NCBI GenBank assembly: GCA_050257635.1
Contig: JBLMXG010000117.1
Coordinates: forward strand, 1-56,444
DNA from: Chloroflexota bacterium
GTDB taxonomy: Bacteria > Desulfobacterota > Binatia > UBA9968
Length of the DNA stretch: 56,444 nucleotides
Direction of reading: 5' to 3'
This document shows, in pieces, positions 16,663-26,242 of the stretch. The translations under genes and the position numbers were made by a program. The notes beneath the pieces are model-generated. The model saw only the letters and a list, made by a program, of their open reading frames with translations, was not told the origin of the DNA and ran no database searches. Within the stretch, counting starts at the first letter, position 1, and each line of letters opens with the position of its first letter.

Positions 16663-18954
16663 TTGGGTTTGAAGCATTCCAAACTGCGGATTTTTAGCAT
16701 CGTCTTAGTTACCCTTCTTGTCATCACATCGAGCGGCTTGGTCTTTGGCGCGTGGTATTTAAAGCAGCTCGAGGATACGGTCACCGAAAAATTCGAAGGT
16801 CGGAAGTGGGTTTTCCCATCTAAAATTTACTCCGACAGTTACCTACTTTATGTCGGTATCAATCTGCGACTCGACGACCTGACCGAAAAGCTGCGCCGGC
16901 TGGGCTATTACGAAAGCGCGAGCGCGCCCAAAACAAAAGGCGAGTATCGCATCCAAAAATCGCAAGGGTTGGTGGATATTTATCTCCACGATTTCGATTA
17001 TCCGACAGAGCACCGCGAGGGCGTGCCTGTGCGCTTGTCGTTGCAAGGCTCGACCGTGACGCGGATCGAAAATCTCGCCACCGGCAAGGAGGTATTTGAC
17101 CTCGAACTCGAACCGGAACTCGTAACCGGTCTTTACGAGCGGATTTGGAAGGAGCGCAAGGTTGTCAAGCTGGCGGAAGTGCCACCGATTTTAGTCAAAG
17201 CGATCTTGGCGACCGAGGACGAGCGCTTCTTTAGCCACCACGGAGTTGACCCGATCGGCATCCTCCGGGCGATGTGGGTCAACCTGCGCACGATGAGCTT
17301 TCAGCAGGGCGGCAGCACGCTCACCCAGCAGCTGATGAAGAACTTCTTTCTCAGCGATGAGCGAACTCTCAGCCGCAAAATTCCTGAGGCCATTATGGCG
17401 TTGATCGCCGAACGTAAATACTCCAAAGAAACGATTCTGGAAAATTACCTTAATGAAATTTATCTCGGGCAAAGAGGGTCGCAGGGAATTTTCGGTGTTT
17501 GGGAAGCAGCGCAGTTTTATTTCTCAAAGCCGCTGAGCGATTTGACAGTGGGCGAAGCGGCGCTCCTGGCGGGATTGATTCGCGCGCCGAACCGGCTGTC
17601 GCCGTACCGCAGCACGGAGGCGGCGACCAAGCGGCGCGATGTCGTCTTGGGCAAGATGCTGGACGACCGGATCATCACCCGCAGGCAATACGAAACGGCG
17701 CTCGCCGAAAGGTTGCCGCAGCGGGCGCTGGTCAAGGTGACCAACGACGCGCCGTTTTACGTCGATTACTTGCGGCGCGAGCTCGATGAGAACTATTCCA
17801 ACGCGATCCTGACCAAAGACGGCCTGCGGATTTTCAGCAGTCTCGATCTGCAGTTGCAGCGTAAGGCTGAACACGCCCTGGTGGAGGGGTTGAAAAAACT
17901 TGAAGAGACTCACCCAGCCTTGCGCCGCAAGGGCAATGACGACAGTCTGGAAGGTGCGATCATTGTGCTTCGGCCACAGACCGGCGAGATCAAAGCGATG
18001 GTCGGCGGCAGGAATTATCAGAAGTCGCAGTTTAACCGGGTATTTCAAGCACGGCGCCAACCGGGATCGGTTTTTAAACCTTTCGTTTACCTGGCGGCGC
18101 TGATGTTCGGCGGACAGAGCGGTACCCGCTACACCCCGGATACAGTCGTCAACGACAGCCAGTTCACTTGGGACTATGACGGCCAAGAGTGGCAACCGAG
18201 CAATTATAACAACGAATATTTCGGCGCAGTGACATTTCGCCGCGCGCTGGAAAACTCGCTCAATTCGGCGACGGGACGGGTAGCGCAAGATGTCGGTATT
18301 CGGCACGTGCGCGAAGTCGCCCATCGGTTGGGTATCCAGAGCCCGCTTCCGGCGGTGCCTTCGCTTGCCCTAGGCTCCGCCGAGGTCACGCCATTGGAAG
18401 TTGCCGTGGCCTATTCTACCCTCGCCAACGGCGGCGTGCGCACGCGGCCGCTGGCGGTCAAGTTGGTAATGGACCAGAGCGGCAAACCTTTGGAAAAACG
18501 CGACGTGCGCGTCGAGCAGGTGATCAATCCGCAGCTTGCCTACATGATGAATTACCTGTTGAAGGGTGTTCTCGATCGCGGCACCGCTGTGGCCGCGCGG
18601 CGCATGGGCTTCACTCGCCCGGCCGCGGGAAAGACCGGCACGACCAATGATTACAAAGACGCCTGGTTTGTCGGTTACACGCCGGATCTTCTCGCCGTTG
18701 TCTGGGTTGGGTTCGACGGTCAGAGTAAGCTGAACCTATCGGGCGCAGAAGCTGCGCTGCCCATTTGGACCGAGTTCATGAAAAGTGCGACGGCAAGTAT
18801 GCCGGTCACTGACTTCATCAGTCCCGAACTCCCGTCCGATAGCGAAGAGGATGGTGCGGGCAAGTGTCCGCCTGCCGGGCAGGACAGCGAAGTTGGCGGT
18901 GTTCCCTGTCCGCCCGCCGGGACCCCGCCGCGCCAGATCCGTGACGCGCTATGA
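16663..18954 (+). CDS. mrcB: Class A penicillin-binding protein 1B-like (UB2H + glycosyltransferase + transpeptidase)
   Basis: N-terminal TM, EDERFFSHHG, GGSTLTQQ, RKIPE, YLNEIYLGQ, SVFK, SLN, KTGT. Confidence 0.88.
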   Translation: MGLKHSKLRIFSIVLVTLLVITSSGLVFGAWYLKQLEDTVTEKFEGRKWVFPSKIYSDSYLLYVGINLRLDDLTEKLRRLGYYESASAPKTKGEYRIQKSQGLVDIYLHDFDYPTEHREGVPVRLSLQGSTVTRIENLATGKEVFDLELEPELVTGLYERIWKERKVVKLAEVPPILVKAILATEDERFFSHHGVDPIGILRAMWVNLRTMSFQQGGSTLTQQLMKNFFLSDERTLSRKIPEAIMALIAERKYSKETILENYLNEIYLGQRGSQGIFGVWEAAQFYFSKPLSDLTVGEAALLAGLIRAPNRLSPYRSTEAATKRRDVVLGKMLDDRIITRRQYETALAERLPQRALVKVTNDAPFYVDYLRRELDENYSNAILTKDGLRIFSSLDLQLQRKAEHALVEGLKKLEETHPALRRKGNDDSLEGAIIVLRPQTGEIKAMVGGRNYQKSQFNRVFQARRQPGSVFKPFVYLAALMFGGQSGTRYTPDTVVNDSQFTWDYDGQEWQPSNYNNEYFGAVTFRRALENSLNSATGRVAQDVGIRHVREVAHRLGIQSPLPAVPSLALGSAEVTPLEVAVAYSTLANGGVRTRPLAVKLVMDQSGKPLEKRDVRVEQVINPQLAYMMNYLLKGVLDRGTAVAARRMGFTRPAAGKTGTTNDYKDAWFVGYTPDLLAVVWVGFDGQSKLNLSGAEAALPIWTEFMKSATASMPVTDFISPELPSDSEEDGAGKCPPAGQDSEVGGVPCPPAGTPPRQIRDAL

Positions 18955-19739
18955 TGGCGATGAGCCGGTTTTTTCACCGCGATAATTTTTTCGCTCTTCT
19001 CGTTGCTTTGACACTGACTGGGGGCGGTTGTGCGCCGCAGCGGCCGTATCGCCCGGTCTACCCTCGGAACGACGTTCCGCCGGCGTCGCGAATCCCGTCG
19101 CCTGCGCCCGCTCCGGTCTATCCGCCGACCTCGCAAGATCGCGCCAGGGAGCAGCTGCCACAGGACCAGAAAATTCGCGAGCAAGATCTCAAATCCGAAG
19201 CCTCGCCGCCTTACTCAGCGGCAAGGGAGTCAAAGGAGCCGGCACGCCAGGCCCGCGCGGGTGAGGCTCCAGCGGTGCCGGAGCCCAGTTCGCCGCCGCT
19301 GCCGGACGACAGTTCATTGCTCGCCAAAATTACGCCAGGCGTCACGCCCCAGCGCGCCGCTTCTTTACGCCTGACCGACGAAGGCAGCAAACTGCTCGAC
19401 GCCGGCGAGCCGGCCAAGGCGCTGGCTCGTTTGGAACGCACGATTGTGGTCGATTCGACCAATCCTTACGGCTATTATTATTTGGCCAAGGCGCAATTTC
19501 GTCTCGGCCATTACCGGGAGTCACTCAATTTTCTCGATGTCGCTCAGGCGCGGTTGGGCGGCGAACCGTTCTGGCTCGCTGAAGTGCACGCGCTACGCGG
19601 TGAAAATTATCGCGCGCTGGGGCAATCACAGCGCGCCGAGGAAAGTTATTTGCAAGCTTTAAAAATAAATTCCGGCAATCGCACGGCCGCGGACGGCTTG
19701 TCGCGGTTGCAAGGCGAATCTCCCTCGGCTGCCAGGTAA
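18951..19739 (+). CDS. TPR-containing lipoprotein with Pro-rich linker (LpoP-like)
   Basis: Signal ending LTGGGC, Pro-rich region, C-terminal TPRs; ATGA overlap with mrcB. Confidence 0.7.
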   Translation: MMAMSRFFHRDNFFALLVALTLTGGGCAPQRPYRPVYPRNDVPPASRIPSPAPAPVYPPTSQDRAREQLPQDQKIREQDLKSEASPPYSAARESKEPARQARAGEAPAVPEPSSPPLPDDSSLLAKITPGVTPQRAASLRLTDEGSKLLDAGEPAKALARLERTIVVDSTNPYGYYYLAKAQFRLGHYRESLNFLDVAQARLGGEPFWLAEVHALRGENYRALGQSQRAEESYLQALKINSGNRTAADGLSRLQGESPSAAR

Positions 19740-19752
19740 AGAAATTTTTCCC

Positions 19753-20751
19753 ATGTTAGTTCTCGGCGTTGAAACTTCCTGCGACGACACCGCCGCCGCA
19801 GTGCTGCAAGACGGGCGAACGATTCTTGCCAATGTGGTCTCGTCGCAAGATCAAGTGCATGGGCCGTATGGCGGCGTGGTTCCCGAGCTGGCGTCGCGTC
19901 AACATATCCAGAACATCATGCCGATCGTCGACGGCGCGCTGCGTCAGGCGGGAGCGAAACTCGACGACCTCGGCGGCATTGCCGTAACCTACGGTCCTGG
20001 ATTGGTCGGCTCTTTACTGGTCGGTCTTTCCCTGGTCAAGGGCATGTCATTTCGCTCGGGCATTCCCTATGTCGGCGTGAACCATTTGGAGGCTCATCTG
20101 CTGGCCATTCATCTCGAGCATGAGGTACCGTTTCCATATATTGCGTTGTTGGCGTCGGGCGGGCACACGCTGCTCTATTGCGTCAGGGGGGTGGGCGATT
20201 ACGTCCACCTCGGCGGCACCCGCGACGATGCCGCGGGTGAGGCTTTCGATAAGGTCGCCAAGATGATGGGGCTTGGTTATCCTGGCGGGAGGATCATCGA
20301 TCGTCTGGCGCAAAGTGGCGATGCCAAGGCGATTCGTTTCCCGCGCGCCCGGATGAAAGACAGTCCCTATGAGTTCAGCTTTAGCGGGATCAAGACCGCC
20401 GTGTGGCATTTTCTCAAGTCGCTGCCGGAATCGGAAACTCAAGCTCGACAGGCGGACATCGCGGCGAGCTTTCAGGAGGCGGTCACGGAAATGCTGGTGC
20501 GCCCGACGATCAAGGCTGCAAGTGCAAACGGCGTTCAGCGCATCGTGCTTTCCGGCGGCGTTGCTGCCAACAGCCGATTGCGCGCGAAGATGAAGGAGGA
20601 GGCGGATGCGGTGGGAATGGAAGCGTACTTTCCGGCGCCGAAGTTTTGCACGGACAACGGCGCGATGATCGCTCTCACCGGTTATCATTGGCTGATACGG
20701 GGACGGCACGACGATTTTCGCCTCAACGCCGATGCCGACTTGACGCTCTAA
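19753..20751 (+). CDS. tsaD: tRNA N6-threonylcarbamoyladenosine transferase
   Basis: GVETSCDDT, GGVVPELASRQH, HLEAH, SGGHT, DDAAGEAFDK, CTDNGAMI. Confidence 0.96.
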   Translation: MLVLGVETSCDDTAAAVLQDGRTILANVVSSQDQVHGPYGGVVPELASRQHIQNIMPIVDGALRQAGAKLDDLGGIAVTYGPGLVGSLLVGLSLVKGMSFRSGIPYVGVNHLEAHLLAIHLEHEVPFPYIALLASGGHTLLYCVRGVGDYVHLGGTRDDAAGEAFDKVAKMMGLGYPGGRIIDRLAQSGDAKAIRFPRARMKDSPYEFSFSGIKTAVWHFLKSLPESETQARQADIAASFQEAVTEMLVRPTIKAASANGVQRIVLSGGVAANSRLRAKMKEEADAVGMEAYFPAPKFCTDNGAMIALTGYHWLIRGRHDDFRLNADADLTL

Positions 20752-20756
20752 AAAGA

Positions 20757-20786
20757 TTTTCAACGTTCAAGGTTCAAAAGTTCAAG
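20757..20786 (+). repeat. GTTCAA-type short tandem repeat tract
   Basis: TTTTCAACGTTCAAGGTTCAAAAGTTCAAG. Confidence 0.7.
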
Positions 20787-20794
20787 GGCTCGCG

Positions 20795-21655
20795 ATGACC
20801 CTCTATGAAGAGGTTCGCGCAGCGTTGCGCGAGACGGACTTCCGCCCTAAAAAAAGCCTGGGGCAGAATTTCTTGATTCACGAGCGGGTAATCGACACGA
20901 TCCTCCGCCTGCTCGATCTCCGCCAGGACGACGCGGTCGTCGAGATTGGCCCGGGCTTGGGTTTTTTAACCCGCCGTTTGCTCGAACGGGCGGCTCAAGT
21001 TTATGCGGTAGAAGTCGATCGGTCGCTGGTCGAGCGATTGCGACGGAGCGGATGGGCGGCGAATCCGAAGCTTCATTTAATCGAGGCGGATATCCTGGAA
21101 GCGCCGTTGGGGGCAATCCTGCCCAGGAGTAAATTCAAGCTTGCCGCCAATCTGCCCTACAGCATCTCGACGCCGGTGCTGTTCAAGATCTTCGAGTGGC
21201 GCGAGTACTTTTCCACTCTGGTTTTGATGGTGCAAAAGGAAGTGGCGGACCGTATCGCCGGCGCGCCGGGCGGAAAAGACTACGGTGCGCTGTCGATCTG
21301 GTGCCAGATGCATGGGCGCGTCGTCGAGAAGGTTTCGGTGTCGCCCGAGGCCTTCTATCCGCGCCCCAAAGTGCGCTCGACGGTGTTGAAAGTCGAGCTG
21401 TTCGCCGAGCCGCGCGTCGCTGCCGATGAACTGACTGCCTTGCGCGCCCTGGTGCGCGCCGCCTTCGGCCAGCGGCGCAAGACCCTCGGCAACGCTCTGA
21501 GAGGCTGCTTTAAAGGGAAGCGAGGGAAGGGTGAAGATTTTCTGCGCGCCCAAAACATCGACCCGCAGCGGCGCGGCGAAACGCTCAGCGTCGATGAATT
21601 CATTAAGCTCGCGCGTGCCGCGCAAAATCAATCCTTGCTGGCTACTGACGACTGA
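20795..21655 (+). CDS. rsmA: 16S rRNA m6(2)A dimethyltransferase
   Basis: PKKSLGQNFL, EIGPGLG, NLPYSIS, MVQKEVA.R, FGQRRKTL. Confidence 0.95.
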   Translation: MTLYEEVRAALRETDFRPKKSLGQNFLIHERVIDTILRLLDLRQDDAVVEIGPGLGFLTRRLLERAAQVYAVEVDRSLVERLRRSGWAANPKLHLIEADILEAPLGAILPRSKFKLAANLPYSISTPVLFKIFEWREYFSTLVLMVQKEVADRIAGAPGGKDYGALSIWCQMHGRVVEKVSVSPEAFYPRPKVRSTVLKVELFAEPRVAADELTALRALVRAAFGQRRKTLGNALRGCFKGKRGKGEDFLRAQNIDPQRRGETLSVDEFIKLARAAQNQSLLATDD

Positions 21656-21674
21656 TTTTCGGCCATAAAGTCCC

Positions 21675-22496
21675 ATGCCCGAGCTACCCGAGGTCGAAAC
21701 GGTTTGCCGCAGCCTGCGACCGCATCTGCTGGGCCGAACCATCCGGCGCGTCCGGGTGCTGGAACCGCGCCTGCGCGTGCCAGTGGACACGAAACAATTG
21801 ACCGCGCTGGCGGGAAAGCGCATCGATGCGATCACCCGGCGGGCCAAATATATTTTGATCAATCTGTCGGAGGATACGGTTTGGGTATTTCACCTCGGTA
21901 TGTCGGGCAAACTGATCTGTGTCGCGCCGGAGACGGGGCGTCGCAAGCATGATCACATCCTGGTCGATTTCGACAACGGCACGGAGTTGCGCTACCATGA
22001 CCCGCGCCGTTTCGGCTTGTCGCTGGTGGCGCAGAAAAAAGCTTTGTCCGACCTGCCGCAATTCCAGCATGTCGGTTTGGATCCTTTCGACGCTGCTCTC
22101 ACCGGCGAGTACCTGTATCGCTTTACGCGCGCCTCGGTTCGGCGTATCCGCGATTTCCTGCTCGATCAGCAGATCATCGCCGGGCTCGGCAATATTTACG
22201 CCAACGAGATTCTCGCGTTGACCGGCATCAAGCCTACCGTGCGCGCCCATCGTCTGACGCGTAAACAGGTGGACGCGATCGCGCGGACAATTCCGGCGTT
22301 GCTCCGCGACGCGATCCAGTGGTGCGGCACGTCGTTTTCCGATTATCGCGACGCAGACGACAAGACCGGAGAATTTCAGAACCATCTGCGCGTTTACGAT
22401 CGCGACGGGGAGCGCTGCCGGATTTGCCCGAGCGAAGTGAAGCGCGTGACGATCGGCAATCGCAGCGCGTTTTACTGCCCGACGTGTCAAAAATAA
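21675..22496 (+). CDS. mutM: Formamidopyrimidine-DNA glycosylase
   Basis: MPELPEVE, RRAKY, HLGMSG, DPRRFG, GLGNIY, C-terminal CRIC...CPTCQ zinc finger. Confidence 0.96.
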   Translation: MPELPEVETVCRSLRPHLLGRTIRRVRVLEPRLRVPVDTKQLTALAGKRIDAITRRAKYILINLSEDTVWVFHLGMSGKLICVAPETGRRKHDHILVDFDNGTELRYHDPRRFGLSLVAQKKALSDLPQFQHVGLDPFDAALTGEYLYRFTRASVRRIRDFLLDQQIIAGLGNIYANEILALTGIKPTVRAHRLTRKQVDAIARTIPALLRDAIQWCGTSFSDYRDADDKTGEFQNHLRVYDRDGERCRICPSEVKRVTIGNRSAFYCPTCQK

Positions 22497-22512
22497 AATG
22501 ATTCATTCTAGT

Positions 22513-22547
22513 CGTTCAAAAAGTGCAAGCCGTTCAAATCGTTTGAA
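22513..22547 (+). repeat. GTTCAA-type short repeat tract
   Basis: CGTTCAAAAAGTGCAAGCCGTTCAAATCGTTTGAA. Confidence 0.6.
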
Positions 22548-22592
22548 TGGAAGCGATGGAACTCAGGCGATCAAATACCCAGCGCTCCCGTC

Positions 22593-23822
22593 ATGAACCG
22601 AAACCGACTTCTTTCGCCGCTACGCCATCGCGACTTTCGTCTGTTCTGGACAGGATTGCTCCTGTCGAGCGTCGGCAGCCAATTCACTCAAGTTGCGATG
22701 GCCTGGCAGATTTATGAGCTGACCAATTCGCCACTGCAAATCGGTTTGATTGGCCTGGTGCGCGCTGTGCCGCAGATGATCATTCTTGTGTTCGGCGGGC
22801 TCCTTGCCGACGCGATGAACCGGCGCAAGCTGATGATGGTCACCCAGGCGAGCCTGTTTTTTGTTTCCGGGACACTCGCTCTGTTGACCCTCTCCGGGCG
22901 GGTCACCCCCTTCACGCTCTACGGCGTGACCGTGTTTCTCGCGTTGTTTAGCTCTTTGGAATCGCCGTCGCGCCAGGCCATTGTCACTAACCTTGTGCCA
23001 ACCGAGGATTTATCGCGCGCGCTGGCAATTTCGAGCACGCAGCGACAAATCGCAACCATTGCCGGCCCGTCGATCGCCGGCCTGGTGTTGGCATTCGCCG
23101 GCCCCAGTGTTTGCTACACCGTCGACGCGATTTCCTGGCTCATCATGCTCGGCGCGCTGGTGTTCATTCGCACCGAGTTGCCCCAGCGCGGCGGCTGGCG
23201 CACGATCACGCTCGACTCGCTGCGCGCCGGCTTTCATTTCGTCTGGCGCCACGCGGTGATCTTTCCATTCTTGATGATGGACTTCGGCGCTAATATCTTC
23301 GGCACCGTGCGTTCCTTGTTTCCGATCTACGCGCGCGACATCCTGGCCGTAGGGCCGCAGGGTCTTGGTGTCTTATATGCCGCCAGCGCGGTGGGTGCGT
23401 TGCTCGGCGCGGTGGGGTTTAGCCTGTGGGGGCCGATACGGCGGGCGGGGCGCTGGATCCTTTTCGGTGTGGCGATCTACGGCGCCTGTCTGTTGCTGTT
23501 CGCCAATTCGCATATATTCTGGCTGTCCGTGTTGTTGTTGGTCGGTTCCGGCATCGGCGATACCATCAGCGCGATCCTGCGCGCGACCATCAACCAGCTC
23601 AGTACGCCCGACGACTTGCGCGGCCGTATGGCGTCGATCAACAGCATCTTCACCAACAGCGGACCGCAGCTTGGCCAGTTTCAGGCCGGCGCCCTCGCCG
23701 CCGCGATCGGCACTGAATTCGCCGCCAGCGCCGGCGCCTTGGTTATTCTCTTTATCGTTGGATTGCTCGTCTTGCGCTTCCCGCATGTGCGGGAGTATCG
23801 GATCACACAGTCGAGGCTTTAG
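22593..23822 (+). CDS. MFS transporter (EntS/DHA3-like)
   Basis: LRHRDFRLFW, GGLLADAMNRRKLM motif A, PDDLRGR, about 12 TM helices. Confidence 0.88.
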   Translation: MNRNRLLSPLRHRDFRLFWTGLLLSSVGSQFTQVAMAWQIYELTNSPLQIGLIGLVRAVPQMIILVFGGLLADAMNRRKLMMVTQASLFFVSGTLALLTLSGRVTPFTLYGVTVFLALFSSLESPSRQAIVTNLVPTEDLSRALAISSTQRQIATIAGPSIAGLVLAFAGPSVCYTVDAISWLIMLGALVFIRTELPQRGGWRTITLDSLRAGFHFVWRHAVIFPFLMMDFGANIFGTVRSLFPIYARDILAVGPQGLGVLYAASAVGALLGAVGFSLWGPIRRAGRWILFGVAIYGACLLLFANSHIFWLSVLLLVGSGIGDTISAILRATINQLSTPDDLRGRMASINSIFTNSGPQLGQFQAGALAAAIGTEFAASAGALVILFIVGLLVLRFPHVREYRITQSRL

Positions 23823-23879
23823 CTCTCGGCGTCATCCGCCGTTGGAGTGTGCCGGTGCCCCAAGACTCCGCCGCGGCGT

Positions 23880-24821
23880 TTAGCTTTCGGTATGGCCCGC
23901 CGCGCCGCTCCCTTGCTGCTTGATTACGTTCATCGCCAGGGAGATCATCGAGCCGACGTCGCTCAGGGTCGCAGGCAAGATCAACGTGTTGCCCTTTTGC
24001 GCCAGCTTGCCGAATTCTATGAGATAGTTTTCCGCGACGCGTAGCTGCACCGCCTCGAAGCCTCCGGGTTGCTGGATCGCCTCGGCGACCTTGCGGATGC
24101 CGGCGGCCGTGGCATCGGCGATGGCGAGGATCGCCGCGGCTTCGCCTTCGGCTTCGTTGATATGCTGCTGTTTTTTTCCTTCCGAGGCTTTGATCGCCTG
24201 CTGCTTCTCGCCCTCGGCGGTGTTGATCGCCGCGTCCCGCTGGCCCTCGGAAGTCAAAATCAACGCCCGCTTCTCTCGCTCGGCACGCATTTGTTTTTCC
24301 ATGGCGGCGAGAATGTCTTGGGGCGGCGTGATGTTTTTGATCTCGTAGCGCATCACTTTGATGCCCCAGGGTTCCGAAGCCTTGTCCAGTTCGCTTACCA
24401 CCTGGGTGTTGATGTTGGTGCGCTCCTCGAAGGTGCGGTCGAGCTCGATCTTGCCGAGTTCGCTGCGCAGCGTCGTTTGCGCCAGCTGGGTGATGCCGAA
24501 CGTATAATCGCCGATGCCATAGGAGGCGCGCTCGGGATTCATCACCTTCAAGTAAAGCACGCCGTCGACTGCTACCTGGACGTTGTCGCGGGTAATGCAA
24601 ACCTGCGGTGGAATATCGATCGCTTGCTCCTTCAGCGAATGTCGGTAGCGCACCACGTCGAGAAACGGCACGAGAATGTGAAAGCCGGCGCTCAGCGAGC
24701 CGCTGAATTTGCCCAGGCGTTCGACCACGTAAGCGCTCTGCTGCGGCACGACGACGGCCGTCTTGGCGATGATGACGATGACGAGCAAGGCGAGCGCGAT
24801 AACGACGATGAATCCACCCAT
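23880..24821 (-). CDS. SPFH/stomatin-like (paraslipin/QmcA) protein
   Basis: VPQQSAYVVERLGKF, ITRDNV, LAQTTLRSELG, MEKQMRAEREKRA; start MGGFIVV at 24821. Confidence 0.92.
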   Translation of the reverse strand: MGGFIVVIALALLVIVIIAKTAVVVPQQSAYVVERLGKFSGSLSAGFHILVPFLDVVRYRHSLKEQAIDIPPQVCITRDNVQVAVDGVLYLKVMNPERASYGIGDYTFGITQLAQTTLRSELGKIELDRTFEERTNINTQVVSELDKASEPWGIKVMRYEIKNITPPQDILAAMEKQMRAEREKRALILTSEGQRDAAINTAEGEKQQAIKASEGKKQQHINEAEGEAAAILAIADATAAGIRKVAEAIQQPGGFEAVQLRVAENYLIEFGKLAQKGNTLILPATLSDVGSMISLAMNVIKQQGSGAAGHTES

Positions 24822-24834
24822 GATGTTCTCCGTT

Positions 24835-25269
24835 TCAGTTCTGCTCGGCACGCACAAAGATTGTGAGACCTTCGACCCGATCGACCTTGCAGCGCTCGCC
24901 GCGCACCAGCGGCTTAGCGCCGACGTTGCGGGCGTTCCACGATGTGCCGCGCATTTCGGCCTTGCCCATGGCATTGACGCCGATCTCGTCGACGGCCACC
25001 GCGGTTTCGCCGATCAGGCTGTCGACGTCATGGCGCGGCCCGTCCTGGGTCAAGCGCAGCAATTTTTCGCGGAACAGCCAGAGGGATAGCACCGAAAGCG
25101 CTGGAAATAGAACGATTTGAAGCCACGACGGGCCGGCTATGCCCAGGCCGGATAGGATACCCACGATGACGGCGCCGACACCGAAAAAAAGAATATAAAA
25201 ACCTCCTGGCGTGACCACTTCGGCCAAGACCAGCACCAGGCCCAGTAGGATCCAAGTCCACCATTCCAT
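24835..25269 (-). CDS. NfeD-family membrane protein (short YbbJ type)
   Basis: WWTWILLGLVL..AE, C-terminal OB fold G.SWNAR...V..VEGLT; adjacent to SPFH gene. Confidence 0.88.
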   Translation of the reverse strand: MEWWTWILLGLVLVLAEVVTPGGFYILFFGVGAVIVGILSGLGIAGPSWLQIVLFPALSVLSLWLFREKLLRLTQDGPRHDVDSLIGETAVAVDEIGVNAMGKAEMRGTSWNARNVGAKPLVRGERCKVDRVEGLTIFVRAEQN

Positions 25270-25339
25270 AAGCGTTTGCCCCGTTTGCGTCGGCAGAGGG
25301 TAGCCGAGGGCGGTTGGTTTTTCAAGTTGAAATGAGTGC

Positions 25340-26086
25340 TTAGCGCGATGGCAGTTGCAAGAATTTGTTTTTCATGCCGAACAGGCTGATAAATTCCCCG
25401 AATACATGCTCGCTTAACTGCTGCAGGCGGCCGATATATTCCGGCGTTTCGCGGTGAATGTGCTCTGGAGTCGTGGTTCCGCCGAGGGCGGCTATTTCAC
25501 GCCTGTTTTCCGTTACCCGTAGCCAGCGATGGATCATCGCTTCGTCGACTTCGAGATGGAACTGAAAACCATAGACGTTATTGCCGTAACGAAACGCTTG
25601 ATTGGCGCATAAGGAAGAGAAAGCCAAATGGCGCGTACTTCGAGGGATGTCGAAGGTTTCGCCGTGCCACTGAAATATCTTCTCGGTCGCCGCGAAGGCG
25701 GTCAAAAGAGGATCGCTTTGTGCATGGTCCGTCGGCGATACATCGTACCAGCCGATCTCCTTTTCTCTAATTGGATAGACGGCCGCGCCCAGCGTTTTGG
25801 CGATCAATTGCGCGCCCAGGCAAATTCCCAACACGGGGAGATTTTTCTCCAAGGCTTTTTCAATCAACTTCATCTCGATGATGAGATGCGGCAGCCGATC
25901 GGCGTCGTTGACGCTCATCGGCCCGCCCAGGACCACCAAGCCGTCATATCCATCCAGGCCTGGTTGCACGTCGGGATGGCGCGCGAAGTTGACGTAGCGG
26001 ATGCGGAATCCGGACCGCTTTAGGAGGGGGTTAAGAGTTCCCAGCAGCTCGTGGGCGACATGCTGGAGGACGAGAAGCTTTTTCAT
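25340..26086 (-). CDS. Class I glutamine amidotransferase-like protein
   Basis: VLGGPMSV, GICLGAQL, FQWHGE, FQFHLE. Confidence 0.9.
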   Translation of the reverse strand: MKKLLVLQHVAHELLGTLNPLLKRSGFRIRYVNFARHPDVQPGLDGYDGLVVLGGPMSVNDADRLPHLIIEMKLIEKALEKNLPVLGICLGAQLIAKTLGAAVYPIREKEIGWYDVSPTDHAQSDPLLTAFAATEKIFQWHGETFDIPRSTRHLAFSSLCANQAFRYGNNVYGFQFHLEVDEAMIHRWLRVTENRREIAALGGTTTPEHIHRETPEYIGRLQQLSEHVFGEFISLFGMKNKFLQLPSR

Positions 26087-26242
26087 CGTCGTTGAGGCGG
26101 TTCCATGCTAGCAAAGGAATTATAGCGCGGCATGAGCCATTTTTAAAATAGCGCGGCGCCGACCCCGACCGAAGGAACCGGACCCTGTTGCCTGAATTAG
26201 CTGGCGGCGAGCATGCGTACTTGATAAAAGTCGTTAAGAGCT

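Noticed and set aside
20757-22547. GTTC repeats as alphaproteobacterial LexA boxes around mutM
   Set aside because: The period is 7-9 nt rather than GTTC-N7-GTTC, and the tracts also occur away from repair genes
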